DNA of 64,000 nucleotides, from the IMG/VR virus record IMGVR_UViG_3300042561_002062, positions 85,525 through 149,524 of that record. The stretch is one strand, 5' to 3'. Positions 1 to 6,580 of this stretch are shown piece by piece; the stretch's first letter is position 1, and every line of letters begins with the position of its first letter. The notes beneath the pieces were generated by a model. That model did not search any database. It saw only the letters and a program-made list of their open reading frames with translations, and was not told the DNA's origin. The stretch is from a virus (taxonomy: Duplodnaviria > Heunggongvirae > Uroviricota > Caudoviricetes). Both the position numbers and the translations under genes were made by a program.

Positions 1-479
1 TCGGTCGTAAGGTAGCTGATCTCTATTGGAAATCTTTGGAGATTATATCAAATGGTGGTTATGATTTCTTAAAACTCAACTTTAGTGAGTTTTTTGGTGA
101 TAACTCTACTCAATGGTCTTGGTATAATGTTCCACAAGATTATAGAAATTCAAGGTGGCCTCTAAATCCAAGACTTCCAAAAATGGGACTCGATCCAAAT
201 GCACCAAAAACTGAATTCAAAAACATCCGTTCTCATAAAGGTCTTGCCTGGGCAGATGGTGAGATTTATTACTCGAACTGGCCACAAATCGTATCAAAAG
301 AGGGAAATCGTAAGATGTTCCTAGAAACAAAATGGGCACATCCTTTTGAGCAGACCTGGATGAGTTATATATACCAAGAAACGATGAAAGGATCTATTAA
401 CCCAGCTATATTACTACTAACTCCTACCGAGCACAATAGATTCGATCACTATAGTAAAGATCTAAGAAAAGAAAGCTAA
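1..479 (+). CDS. 3' portion of a gene that starts upstream of the window; hypothetical protein
   Basis: ORF 36..479 is open in-frame back to nt 3 (no stop), so it is a fragment; no recognisable motif. Confidence 0.5.
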   Translation, partial: GRKVADLYWKSLEIISNGGYDFLKLNFSEFFGDNSTQWSWYNVPQDYRNSRWPLNPRLPKMGLDPNAPKTEFKNIRSHKGLAWADGEIYYSNWPQIVSKEGNRKMFLETKWAHPFEQTWMSYIYQETMKGSINPAILLLTPTEHNRFDHYSKDLRKES

Positions 480-485
480 AAAAAT

Positions 486-1466
486 ATGTACGGAAACGCC
501 TATATCGATCCGAAAGACGCTAAGAATATCCAAGAAGAAGATCCTGAAAAGTTGAAAATCTTCGAAGATAGAATATCTCGTGGAGAAAAGATAGAACCAC
601 GTGATTGGATGCCAAAGGAATACAGGCGACAACTTATTCGTATGATCGAGCAGCACGCTCACTCAGAGATTATCGGTGCTCTTCCAGAAGGCACTTGGAT
701 AACAAGAGCTCCTGGTTTTCGTAGAAAATTAGCACTTATAGCTAAAGTTCAAGATGAAGTCGGACACGCGCAGCTTCTTTACTCAGCAGCTGAAACACTC
801 GGTAAAAGCCGTGAAGAAATGATAAACGATTTGATTTCTGGCAAATCAAAATACTCAAATGTGTTCAATTATCCAGCAAAAACCTGGGCGGATGTCGCTA
901 TTATAGGATGGCTTATCGACGCTGCGGCTATTATCAACCAACTAGCAAACTCAAAGGGTTCGTATGGACCTTATTGTAGAGCTCTTGAACGGATTTGCTA
1001 TGAAGAGAGTTTTCATCTAAAACAAGGTCATTCGAATTCAGTGTATCTAGCAACCGGAACTCCTTTACAAAAACAAATGGTTCAAGAAGCTCTCAATCGT
1101 TGGTGGAAACCGGTTATTCATTTTTTTGGACCACCCGATTCAGATTCGGTTCATTCAGAGAAACTCATCAAGTGGAAGGTTAAGATGAAAACGAACGATC
1201 AGATGAGATTTCAGTTTTTTGATATGTATGTCAATAAAATTCGTGAGATCGATCTTGAAATACCCGATCCTGAGCTAGAAAAGTTACCTGATGGAACTTG
1301 GAAATATTCAGACCCTGATTGGAGTGAGTTCAAGCGTGTAATATCGGGTGACGGACCATGTAACGCAGAGAGACTCGCAGTTAGAAAAAGGGCCGAGGAA
1401 AACGGTGCCTGGGTAAGAAGAGCACTTAAAAGAGCTGATAGTTTCTACACCACACCTTTAGCGTAA
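486..1466 (+). CDS. paaA: 1,2-phenylacetyl-CoA epoxidase subunit A-like ferritin-fold di-iron oxygenase (PaaA family)
   Basis: Near-colinear match from memory to E. coli PaaA: [64 protein letters not shown]; 326 aa. Confidence 0.8.
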   Translation: MYGNAYIDPKDAKNIQEEDPEKLKIFEDRISRGEKIEPRDWMPKEYRRQLIRMIEQHAHSEIIGALPEGTWITRAPGFRRKLALIAKVQDEVGHAQLLYSAAETLGKSREEMINDLISGKSKYSNVFNYPAKTWADVAIIGWLIDAAAIINQLANSKGSYGPYCRALERICYEESFHLKQGHSNSVYLATGTPLQKQMVQEALNRWWKPVIHFFGPPDSDSVHSEKLIKWKVKMKTNDQMRFQFFDMYVNKIREIDLEIPDPELEKLPDGTWKYSDPDWSEFKRVISGDGPCNAERLAVRKRAEENGAWVRRALKRADSFYTTPLA

Positions 1467-1484
1467 AATTTTTATATATAGAGT

Positions 1485-1760
1485 ATGAAAAATTTAATGC
1501 TCTTTGAAGATTTTCCTACCTATAGAGATACCAAAAGTGGCGTAAAGATTGTTTATTTTTCTAGTGAAGAGGTAGATAAATATGAACGTGATTGGAACTC
1601 TTTACCTATGAAATATCATCAGAATGAATTTTTTACTAAGATTTGGAATAAGATGAAAAGATCTAAAAGCCTAGCAAGAGGGCAATGGGATCAACTCAAA
1701 TTTCTCTTCGATAATGGTAAATCGATGTATGAAATGGGAGTTCTACCAAAAAAATATTAA
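1485..1760 (+). CDS. hypothetical small protein
   Basis: 91-aa ORF, no motif. Confidence 0.4.
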   Translation: MKNLMLFEDFPTYRDTKSGVKIVYFSSEEVDKYERDWNSLPMKYHQNEFFTKIWNKMKRSKSLARGQWDQLKFLFDNGKSMYEMGVLPKKY

Positions 1761-1893
1761 TTTTTTAGGAAGAGACAACTTTTTTTGGATATATACTATA
1801 CTTTTCTCTAAGAAACCTCAAAAATAATTTCATAAAAAGTTTGGTAATCCAAAAACTTTGTATTATCTTTGTAGTGTTGATTTAACAAACTAT

Positions 1894-1967
1894 CGCGGAG
1901 TAGTAGAAGATGGTATCTCGCCAGGCTCATAACCTGGAGATCGCTGGTTCGAGTCCAGCCTCCGCTA
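1894..1967 (+). tRNA. tRNA-Met (anticodon CAT), initiator-like (C1 mismatched with nt 72, as in bacterial fMet)
   Basis: Anticodon arm ccagg-CTCATAA-cctgg, T arm gctggTTCGAGTccagc, acceptor cgcggag/ctccgct; D stem weak. Confidence 0.7.
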
Positions 1968-1991
1968 CAAAAAAACTTACTCTGTTATCAA

Positions 1992-2064
1992 GCGGGAGTA
2001 GCTCAGTTGGTAGAGCACGATCTTGCCAAGATTGAGGCCGTGGGTTCAAATCCCATCTCCCGCT
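1992..2064 (+). tRNA. tRNA-Gly (GCC)
   Basis: acceptor gcgggag/ctcccgc, D arm gctcagttggtagagc, anticodon loop TTGCCAA, T loop TTCAAAT. Confidence 0.85.
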
Positions 2065-2107
2065 CAAAAATTTGGTGAGAGTAAGTTTTTTGATTATCTT
2101 TGTTGAT

Positions 2108-2130
2108 AGTTCTTTGACATCTTGGAAATA
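2108..2130 (+). promoter_or_regulatory. repeated promoter-like motif GTTCTTTGACATCTTGGAAA (copy 1) upstream of tRNA-Thr
   Basis: Near-identical about 20-nt motif containing a TTGACA hexamer also at 3018..3040 and 4113..4135, each 15-50 nt upstream of a tRNA. Confidence 0.5.
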
Positions 2131-2135
2131 AAATT

Positions 2136-2208
2136 GCCTCTATAGCTATAACGGTAGAGCATCGCACTTGTAATGCGAGGGTTGGCGGTTCGAATCCGTC
2201 TGGGGGCT
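2136..2208 (+). tRNA. tRNA-Thr (TGT)
   Basis: acceptor gcctcta/tgggggc (G-U pairs), anticodon arm tcgca-CTTGTAA-tgcga, T arm ggcggTTCGAATccgtc. Confidence 0.8.
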
Positions 2209-2362
2209 CACAAAAGAAAAAACTTTTTGGTGAGGTTTTATGGATGCAATACCCAGTCCTAAAACTATTCAATGTTCAACGAAAGTTGACCACTCGGTGC
2301 AATACCCGAGACATCTCAAGAGTGATGGGATTTGAGAGGTGTGGAGTTTTTTCTTTTCTTAT

Positions 2363-2436
2363 GGTTCGTTAGTAGAGTTGGTTACAATATCGCACTGTCA
2401 CTGCGAAGGTCATGGGTTCGATTCCCATACGAACCG
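2363..2436 (+). tRNA. tRNA-Asp (GTC)
   Basis: acceptor ggttcgt/acgaacc, anticodon arm tcgca-CTGTCAC-tgcga, T loop TTCGATT. Confidence 0.85.
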
Positions 2437-2651
2437 CAATGAGTAAGAGATACTCAGCAGTCTCACCAAAGACTCATTTAATCTATGGTCGGTTCTAAAG
2501 AGGACATCGTCAACGCCTCTTTCGTGGGATTAAAGGCAGGTAGCAGAGCCTCCCAGTAGCTTGGATGTTTTAATGAGGGATGCCTCGCAGGTTTTTAAGA
2601 AATAGAAAACCGAAATAACTACTCACCTGGGATCTCAGGGTGGGAAAACAT

Positions 2652-2725
2652 AGGGGAATATATCAATTGGTTAGATTACGTGCTTTGGGAGCACGAGGTT
2701 GTGGGTTCGAGTCCCGCTTCCCCTA
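2652..2725 (+). tRNA. tRNA-Pro (TGG)
   Basis: acceptor aggggaa/ttcccct, anticodon arm cgtgc-TTTGGGA-gcacg, T loop TTCGAGT. Confidence 0.85.
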
Positions 2726-2859
2726 CGAGGGTATGCATCGAAAGATGTTGTGAGTAACTCGGGTGAGTACGAAACGGACAACAATTCTAGAAGTCCCTTT
2801 TGAGCGAAACCCTTAGGTTGTAGAGGCAGTGGGTCGACACCTCATACCTTCTCTAAAAT

Positions 2860-2958
2860 AGTCAGGTGGCGAAATTGGTAGACGCTAGCTGGAAAGAGTG
2901 ATTTAGGAGTAATTACTAAGTTGGTTCACTCATATAGGTTCGAATCCTGTCTTGACTA
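2860..2958 (+). ncRNA. aberrant tRNA-like RNA A: Leu-type D arm plus T arm and acceptor, anticodon arm replaced by a 6-bp stem (gagtga/tcactc) enclosing a 24-nt loop
   Basis: 5' agtcagg-tg-gcgaaattggtagacgc ... ataggTTCGAATcctgt-cttgact-a; no 5-bp stem / 7-nt loop anticodon arm can be drawn. Confidence 0.55.
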
Positions 2959-3072
2959 CAAAAAAAAAAATAAAGAAAGTGGCGAAAGTTCAAAAAAAAC
3001 ACCTATATTTGTATCACGTTCTTTGACATCTTGAAAACAACCCAGAAACATCTGTGAAGATATAAGTTTCAT

Positions 3073-3144
3073 GCTCCGTTCGTCTAGGGGTTAGGACACC
3101 AGATTTTCATTCTGGTAACAGGGGTTCGATTCCCCTACGGAGTA
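3073..3144 (+). tRNA. tRNA-Glu (TTC)
   Basis: Colinear with the E. coli tRNA-Glu layout: gctccgt-tc-gtctaggggttaggac-a-ccaga-TTTTCAT-tctgg-taac-aggggTTCGATTcccct-acggagt. Confidence 0.85.
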
Positions 3145-3337
3145 CGGAGATAGACAAACCGCATCTATCGGGTCATTGCTCTAGACCTTTAACAGAGCAC
3201 GATTTATCGGGTTATCGCGAAACCAGGTCTTGGAATCAGAAAGATGACAATTTCTCCAAGTAGTCGGACTTTTTTTTGAGGATGCTCACTTTGTTTTTTG
3301 AAAAAGTAAAAAACAAAAAACTACTACTCACTATAAG

Positions 3338-3368
3338 GGGTAAGTGAGGGTTCCGGATAAAACCGGAA
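3338..3368 (+). terminator. intrinsic-terminator-like hairpin inside the tRNA array
   Basis: ggttccgg-ataaaa-ccggaacc followed by a TTTTCTTTT run. Confidence 0.45.
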
Positions 3369-3380
3369 CTTTTCTTTTAA

Positions 3381-3454
3381 GGGCCCTTAGCTCAGTAGGT
3401 TAGAGCGTCTGACTCATAATCAGGTGGTCGTAGGTTCGAGCCCTACAGGGCCCA
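3381..3454 (+). tRNA. tRNA-Met/Ile2 (CAT), second copy
   Basis: acceptor gggccct/agggccc, anticodon arm tctga-CTCATAA-tcagg, T arm gtaggTTCGAGCcctac. Confidence 0.85.
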
Positions 3455-3516
3455 CAAAATATATACATTCTTGAGTTGAAAAACTTAAAGCTATTATATA
3501 GTATAATACTAACTTT

Positions 3517-3591
3517 GGTCCCGTAGCTCAGTCTGGATGGAGCGACTGCCTTCTAAGCAGTAGGTCATTGGTTCGAATCCAATCGGGATCA
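3517..3591 (+). tRNA. tRNA-Arg (TCT)
   Basis: acceptor ggtcccg/cgggatc, anticodon arm actgc-CTTCTAA-gcagt, T loop TTCGAAT. Confidence 0.85.
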
Positions 3592-3780
3592 CAATTACTT
3601 ATTTGAAAAAAATAAAAAGGAACAAAACTTTTCTAATATATACAATATACACATTATGAAAAATCAAATACATAACCAAATTAGTCTTTATCTCCAGAAG
3701 TGGAATGCGTGTGTATTTGCCAAAAATAAACCGAGGTTAGAAATGTTTTGATACTATAAACAACATAAACTAAAACTTAA

Positions 3781-3810
3781 CCTCGGGACAAAATCTCGAG
3801 GTTTTTTGTT
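3781..3810 (+). terminator. intrinsic-terminator-like hairpin
   Basis: cctcggg-acaaaat-ctcgagg (7 bp incl. G-U) followed by TTTTTTGTTTT. Confidence 0.5.
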
Positions 3811-3814
3811 TTAT

Positions 3815-3886
3815 ACGGGCCTGATGTCAACGGCAGACCGTCTGACTTGCAATCAGAACGATTGGGTTCGATTCCCACAGTGTCCA
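3815..3886 (+). tRNA. tRNA-Cys (GCA)-like, possibly degenerate (acceptor stem does not pair well)
   Basis: Good anticodon arm tctga-CTTGCAA-tcaga and T arm tgggTTCGATTccca, but no convincing 7-bp acceptor; a canonical Cys(GCA) exists at 5636..5706. Confidence 0.35.
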
Positions 3887-3892
3887 CAACAA

Positions 3893-3966
3893 GGGGTAAA
3901 AGCACATAAGGATGTGCAACCGCCAAACGGCGGGTGGCTTGGGTTCGAATCCCAGATACTCCACCA
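3893..3966 (+). ncRNA. tRNA-like element with genomically encoded 3' CCA and no canonical anticodon arm
   Basis: 5' ggggtaa ... hairpin gcac-ataaggat-gtgc, hairpin ccgcc-aaac-ggcgg, T arm ttgggTTCGAATcccag, then atactcc-a-CCA. Confidence 0.4.
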
Positions 3967-3970
3967 TTAT

Positions 3971-4041
3971 TGTCCCCTCGTCTAACGGCAGGACAGCAGA
4001 CTTTGATTCTGCTTATCGAGGTTCGAATCCTTGGGGGACAA
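3971..4041 (+). tRNA. tRNA-Gln (TTG)
   Basis: acceptor tgtcccc/ggggaca, D arm gtctaacggcaggac, anticodon arm gcaga-CTTTGAT-tctgc, T arm cgaggTTCGAATccttg. Confidence 0.8.
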
Positions 4042-4136
4042 CGAAAAAAAAAAAGAAAAAATGCTTGGATCGAGAAAGATATCGCACTATCTTTGTAATC
4101 AAATAGAAGGTAGTTCTTTGACATCTTGGAAAATAT

Positions 4137-4208
4137 GCTCTCGTGGCGCAACGGTGGCGCAGGATACTTATATTATCAAGGTTACAGGTTCGAATCCTGT
4201 CGAGAGTA
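4137..4208 (+). tRNA. tRNA-Ile (TAT) (putative AUA decoder)
   Basis: acceptor gctctcg/cgagagt, D arm gcgc-aacggtg-gcgc, anticodon loop CTTATAT with a 4-bp + mismatch stem, T arm acaggTTCGAATcctgt; preceded by the TTGACATCTTGGAAA motif. Confidence 0.65.
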
Positions 4209-4408
4209 CACGTTCCGAAACAAGACAACGGATAGTGTGCCCTACACGATGAGAAACGGAGTGATGTCCGTATGGGAACGTACATTGGTGTATAGGGATA
4301 ACACCAGGGCAAGTCAGCCCGACCTCGTGAGGACGAATGACTATTCCTAACTCAGTGATGAGGACAGCCGTGACACCGGTAAGTTGGATAGAAGAGGGTG
4401 TCAAACAT

Positions 4409-4555
4409 AGTCAGGTGGCGAAATTGGTAGACGCAGCTGTGATGATTTTGCTGGAAGGTGTAACTCCTTAACAAGTAACTCGCGATTACTGTTTAAATAT
4501 TAGCAGGGTTAATCAGTTCCCAATCATCGTGAAGGTTCGAATCCTTCTTTGACTA
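4409..4555 (+). ncRNA. aberrant tRNA-like RNA B (about 147 nt): same acceptor/D arm as A, with about 105 nt of structured insert closed by a 7-bp stem gatgatt/aatcatc
   Basis: agtcagg-tg-gcgaaattggtagacgc-[insert]-gaaggTTCGAATccttc-tttgact-a; insert has nested stems (tgctg/cagca, ggg..ccc). Confidence 0.5.
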
Positions 4556-4639
4556 CTTGAAAATGGTGAAAAATTCTACCAAGAATTTAACATCTCTTAC
4601 CTATTAAGATTTAGGTGACAGTCGGAATAGACGACAAAT

Positions 4640-4713
4640 TCCTCGGTAGCTCAGATGGTTAGAGCACTTGACTGTTAATCAGGGGGTCGTTGGTTCGAGT
4701 CCAACCCGGGGAG
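4640..4713 (+). tRNA. tRNA-Asn (GTT)
   Basis: anticodon arm cttga-CTGTTAA-tcagg, D arm gctcagatggttagagc, T arm gttggTTCGAGTccaac. Confidence 0.8.
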
Positions 4714-4717
4714 CGAA

Positions 4718-4790
4718 GACTTCGTAGCTTAATTGGTAAAGCACCTGGCTTTTAACCAGGGGAGTAGCGGTTCGACCCCGCTCGGGGTCA
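4718..4790 (+). tRNA. tRNA-Lys (TTT)
   Basis: acceptor gacttcg/cggggtc (G-U pairs), anticodon arm cctgg-CTTTTAA-ccagg, T arm agcggTTCGACCccgct. Confidence 0.8.
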
Positions 4791-4796
4791 CATCAT

Positions 4797-4878
4797 ACCG
4801 ATGTGGCGAAATAGGTAGCCGCGCTAGTCTTAGGAACTAGTGTCTTACGACGTGAAGGTTCGAGTCCTTTCATCGGTA
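4797..4878 (+). tRNA. tRNA-Leu (TAG), type II
   Basis: acceptor accgatg/catcggt, D arm gcgaaataggtagc, anticodon arm ctagt-CTTAGGA-actag, long variable arm, T loop TTCGAGT. Confidence 0.85.
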
Positions 4879-4887
4879 CGAAAATTT

Positions 4888-4962
4888 GCACCTTTAGCTC
4901 AGCAGGTTCAGAGCATTTGCCTTACAAGCAAAGGGTCGCTAGTTCGAATCTAGCAAGGTGCA
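4888..4962 (+). tRNA. tRNA-Val (TAC)
   Basis: acceptor gcacctt/aaggtgc, anticodon arm tttgc-CTTACAA-gcaaa, T arm gctagTTCGAATctagc. Confidence 0.85.
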
Positions 4963-4963
4963 C

Positions 4964-5067
4964 CCACTCTTAGTGTTATGTGGTAAAACACACTGACCTT
5001 TGTGTCGCCTGGTACTGCAGTATCCGAACACAGAGCGAGTAAGTTGGTTCGAATCCAACAGAGTGGA
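4964..5067 (+). ncRNA. aberrant tRNA-like RNA D (about 104 nt): acceptor ccactct/agagtgg, D arm and T arm present, anticodon arm replaced by stem tgtgt/acaca enclosing a 22-nt loop
   Basis: ccactct-ta-gtgt-tatgtggtaaa-acac ... tgtgt[cgcctggtactgcagtatccga]acaca ... gttggTTCGAATccaac-agagtgg-a. Confidence 0.45.
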
Positions 5068-5073
5068 CAATAT

Positions 5074-5165
5074 AGTCAGGTGGCGGAATGGTATCCGTTA
5101 CTAATGTGGGAAGACCCCTGCAATGTTCTTAAACCACACTACAGGTTCGAATCCTGTCCTGACTA
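5074..5165 (+). ncRNA. aberrant tRNA-like RNA C (about 92 nt): same acceptor as A/B, internal stem tgtgg/ccaca enclosing a 24-nt loop
   Basis: agtcagg-tg-gcggaatggtatccg ... tgtgg[24 nt]ccaca ... acaggTTCGAATcctgt-cctgact-a. Confidence 0.5.
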
Positions 5166-5308
5166 CAAAACGCAATGAACAGAAGTATGGAACAAAGACC
5201 AGCGCAGGTCTCCATATGGAGTTAGCACCCTCAGCCTGGGCCCAGAGAAAACTCTGATGAAGCTGTTAAGATTGGAGCGAGATGGGTACTCCAACATTGT
5301 GTTTATCT

Positions 5309-5381
5309 GGTGATGTAGCTCAGTTGGTAGAGCAAGGGACTGAAAATCCCTGTGTCGGTGGTTCGATTCCGTCCATCACCA
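5309..5381 (+). tRNA. tRNA-Phe (GAA)
   Basis: acceptor ggtgatg/catcacc, anticodon arm aggga-CTGAAAA-tccct, T loop TTCGATT. Confidence 0.85.
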
Positions 5382-5390
5382 CACAAATAC

Positions 5391-5472
5391 GCCTGTATCG
5401 CATAGCGGCAATTGCAACTGACTGTAAATCAGTCCTCATTCGAGTCCGGAGGTTCGAGTCCTTCTGCAGGCA
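5391..5472 (+). tRNA. tRNA-Tyr (GTA), type II
   Basis: acceptor gcctgta/tgcaggc, anticodon arm actga-CTGTAAA-tcagt, long variable arm, T arm ggaggTTCGAGTccttc. Confidence 0.8.
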
Positions 5473-5477
5473 CACAT

Positions 5478-5551
5478 TGGAATATAGCTCAGTTGGTTAG
5501 AGCATTTGACTGATATTCAAAAGGTCGCTGGTTCGAATCCAGCTATTCCAA
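5478..5551 (+). tRNA. tRNA-Ile (GAT)
   Basis: acceptor tggaata/tattcca, anticodon arm tttga-CTGATAT-tcaaa, T arm gctggTTCGAATccagc. Confidence 0.85.
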
Positions 5552-5556
5552 CATAA

Positions 5557-5628
5557 GGCCCCTTAGGCTAATGGATAAACTGCTTCGCTACGGACGAAGT
5601 GTTGAACGTTCGAATCGTTTAGGGGCTA
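5557..5628 (+). tRNA. tRNA-Arg (ACG)
   Basis: acceptor ggcccct/aggggct, anticodon arm cttcg-CTACGGA-cgaag, T arm gaacgTTCGAATcgttt. Confidence 0.8.
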
Positions 5629-5635
5629 CAATTCG

Positions 5636-5706
5636 GTACTGTGTCCGACTGGCAAGGTGGGGCTCTGCAAAAGCTCTTATATTGGTTCAAATCCAATCAG
5701 TACCTC
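5636..5706 (+). tRNA. tRNA-Cys (GCA)
   Basis: acceptor ggtactg/cagtacc, anticodon arm gggct-CTGCAAA-agctc, T arm attggTTCAAATccaat. Confidence 0.8.
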
Positions 5707-5714
5707 AAAAATTA

Positions 5715-5786
5715 CGGGTGTGGCTCAATTGGTAGAGCAATGGTCTCCAAAATCATAGGCTGGGAGTTCGAGTCTCTCCACCCGTG
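5715..5786 (+). tRNA. tRNA-Trp (CCA)
   Basis: acceptor acgggtg/cacccgt, D arm gctcaattggtagagc, anticodon arm atggt-CTCCAAA-atcat, T loop TTCGAGT. Confidence 0.85.
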
Positions 5787-5793
5787 CTTGAAT

Positions 5794-5867
5794 AGCGAAG
5801 TAGCTCAGTTGGTTAGAGCACAGGATTCATATCCCTGAGGTCAGCAGTTCAATTCTGCTCTTCGCTA
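5794..5867 (+). tRNA. tRNA-Met/Ile2 (CAT), third CAT species
   Basis: acceptor agcgaag/cttcgct, D arm gctcagttggttagagc, anticodon loop TTCATAT, T arm agcagTTCAATTctgct. Confidence 0.8.
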
Positions 5868-5876
5868 CCCATTTAT

Positions 5877-5951
5877 GGTGGTCGTAGCTCAGATGGTTAG
5901 AGTGCCTGATTGTGGTTCAGGAGGTCGTGGGTTCGATTCCCATCGGTCACC
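5877..5951 (+). tRNA. tRNA-His (GTG) with encoded G-1 and C73
   Basis: g-gtggtcg acceptor, anticodon arm cctga-TTGTGGT-tcagg, T arm gtgggTTCGATTcccat, discriminator C. Confidence 0.85.
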
Positions 5952-5956
5952 CCAAA

Positions 5957-6043
5957 GGAAGATTGGCTGAGAGGTCTATAGCGGCACCCTGCTAAGGTGT
6001 TAGTCGGGAAACTGGCTCATTGGTTCGAATCCAATATCTTCCG
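5957..6043 (+). tRNA. tRNA-Ser (GCT), type II
   Basis: acceptor ggaagat/atcttcc, anticodon arm gcacc-CTGCTAA-ggtgt, long variable arm, T arm attggTTCGAATccaat. Confidence 0.85.
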
Positions 6044-6113
6044 CAAAAAAAAAAACCTGGTTTGTTTTCAAGATTGTCTAGAAACAATTACCTATCTAAA
6101 TTATATACCCAAT

Positions 6114-6563
6114 ATGAAAAGATTCAGAACCGTAGAAGGTCAATATGTTGATGTTGTTGAACATACACTTTCTATTATGAAAAAACATCCGAATATGAAA
6201 GTTCATATCGGAACAGATTCACAAAACCTAGGTATAGAAACCTCGTTTGTGACTGCTATTGCCTACAGGTTTGGAATCCGTGGTGTGCATTACATCTTTA
6301 CAAAAGAAAAAATACCTCTAGTTAGAGATACTTTTTCTAGACTATTTGATGAATGTGCAAGAACTATTGAAATTGCTCAATGGTTTTCTGATAAAATTAA
6401 TGTTGTAGTAGAAATAGATATGGATTACAACCAAGACGAGTTTTCAGTAAGTCATAAACTTATTGGTGCTACTCGTGGTTGGGCACTATCACTTGGATAC
6501 AAAGTAAATGTAAAACCTGATATTCAGATAGCTACAAAAGCTGCGGATTATCATTGTAGATAA
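6114..6563 (+). CDS. hypothetical protein (start moved to the first ATG downstream of tRNA-Ser)
   Basis: Track ORF 5997..6563 begins inside tRNA-Ser; internal ATG at 6114 (MKRFRTVEG...) is the plausible start. Confidence 0.5.
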   Translation: MKRFRTVEGQYVDVVEHTLSIMKKHPNMKVHIGTDSQNLGIETSFVTAIAYRFGIRGVHYIFTKEKIPLVRDTFSRLFDECARTIEIAQWFSDKINVVVEIDMDYNQDEFSVSHKLIGATRGWALSLGYKVNVKPDIQIATKAADYHCR

Positions 6564-6580
6564 AAATATAATTATTATTT

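Noticed and set aside
3893-3966. tmRNA (GGGG 5' end and CUCCACCA-like 3' end)
   Set aside because: Only 74 nt between the 5' GGGG and the 3' CCA with no room for a tag ORF or pseudoknots; better described as a tRNA-like element with encoded CCA.
4409-4555. Group I intron interrupting a tRNA-Leu (element B)
   Set aside because: The insert is only about 105 nt, too short for a group I core, and the same architecture recurs with 22-24-nt loops in A, C and D.
2003-5838. ORF-track reading frames across the tRNA array (2003..2272, 3777..4151, 3912..4106, 4013..4312, 4031..4252, 4126..4350, 4168..4404, 5282..5500, 5641..5838)
   Set aside because: All overlap well-folded tRNA genes or GC-rich structured RNA; they have no start context, and their Gly/Arg/Pro-rich translations are what tRNA sequence gives when translated.
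5997-6113. Upstream part of ORF 5997..6563
   Set aside because: Starts inside tRNA-Ser(GCT); the internal ATG at 6114 is used instead.
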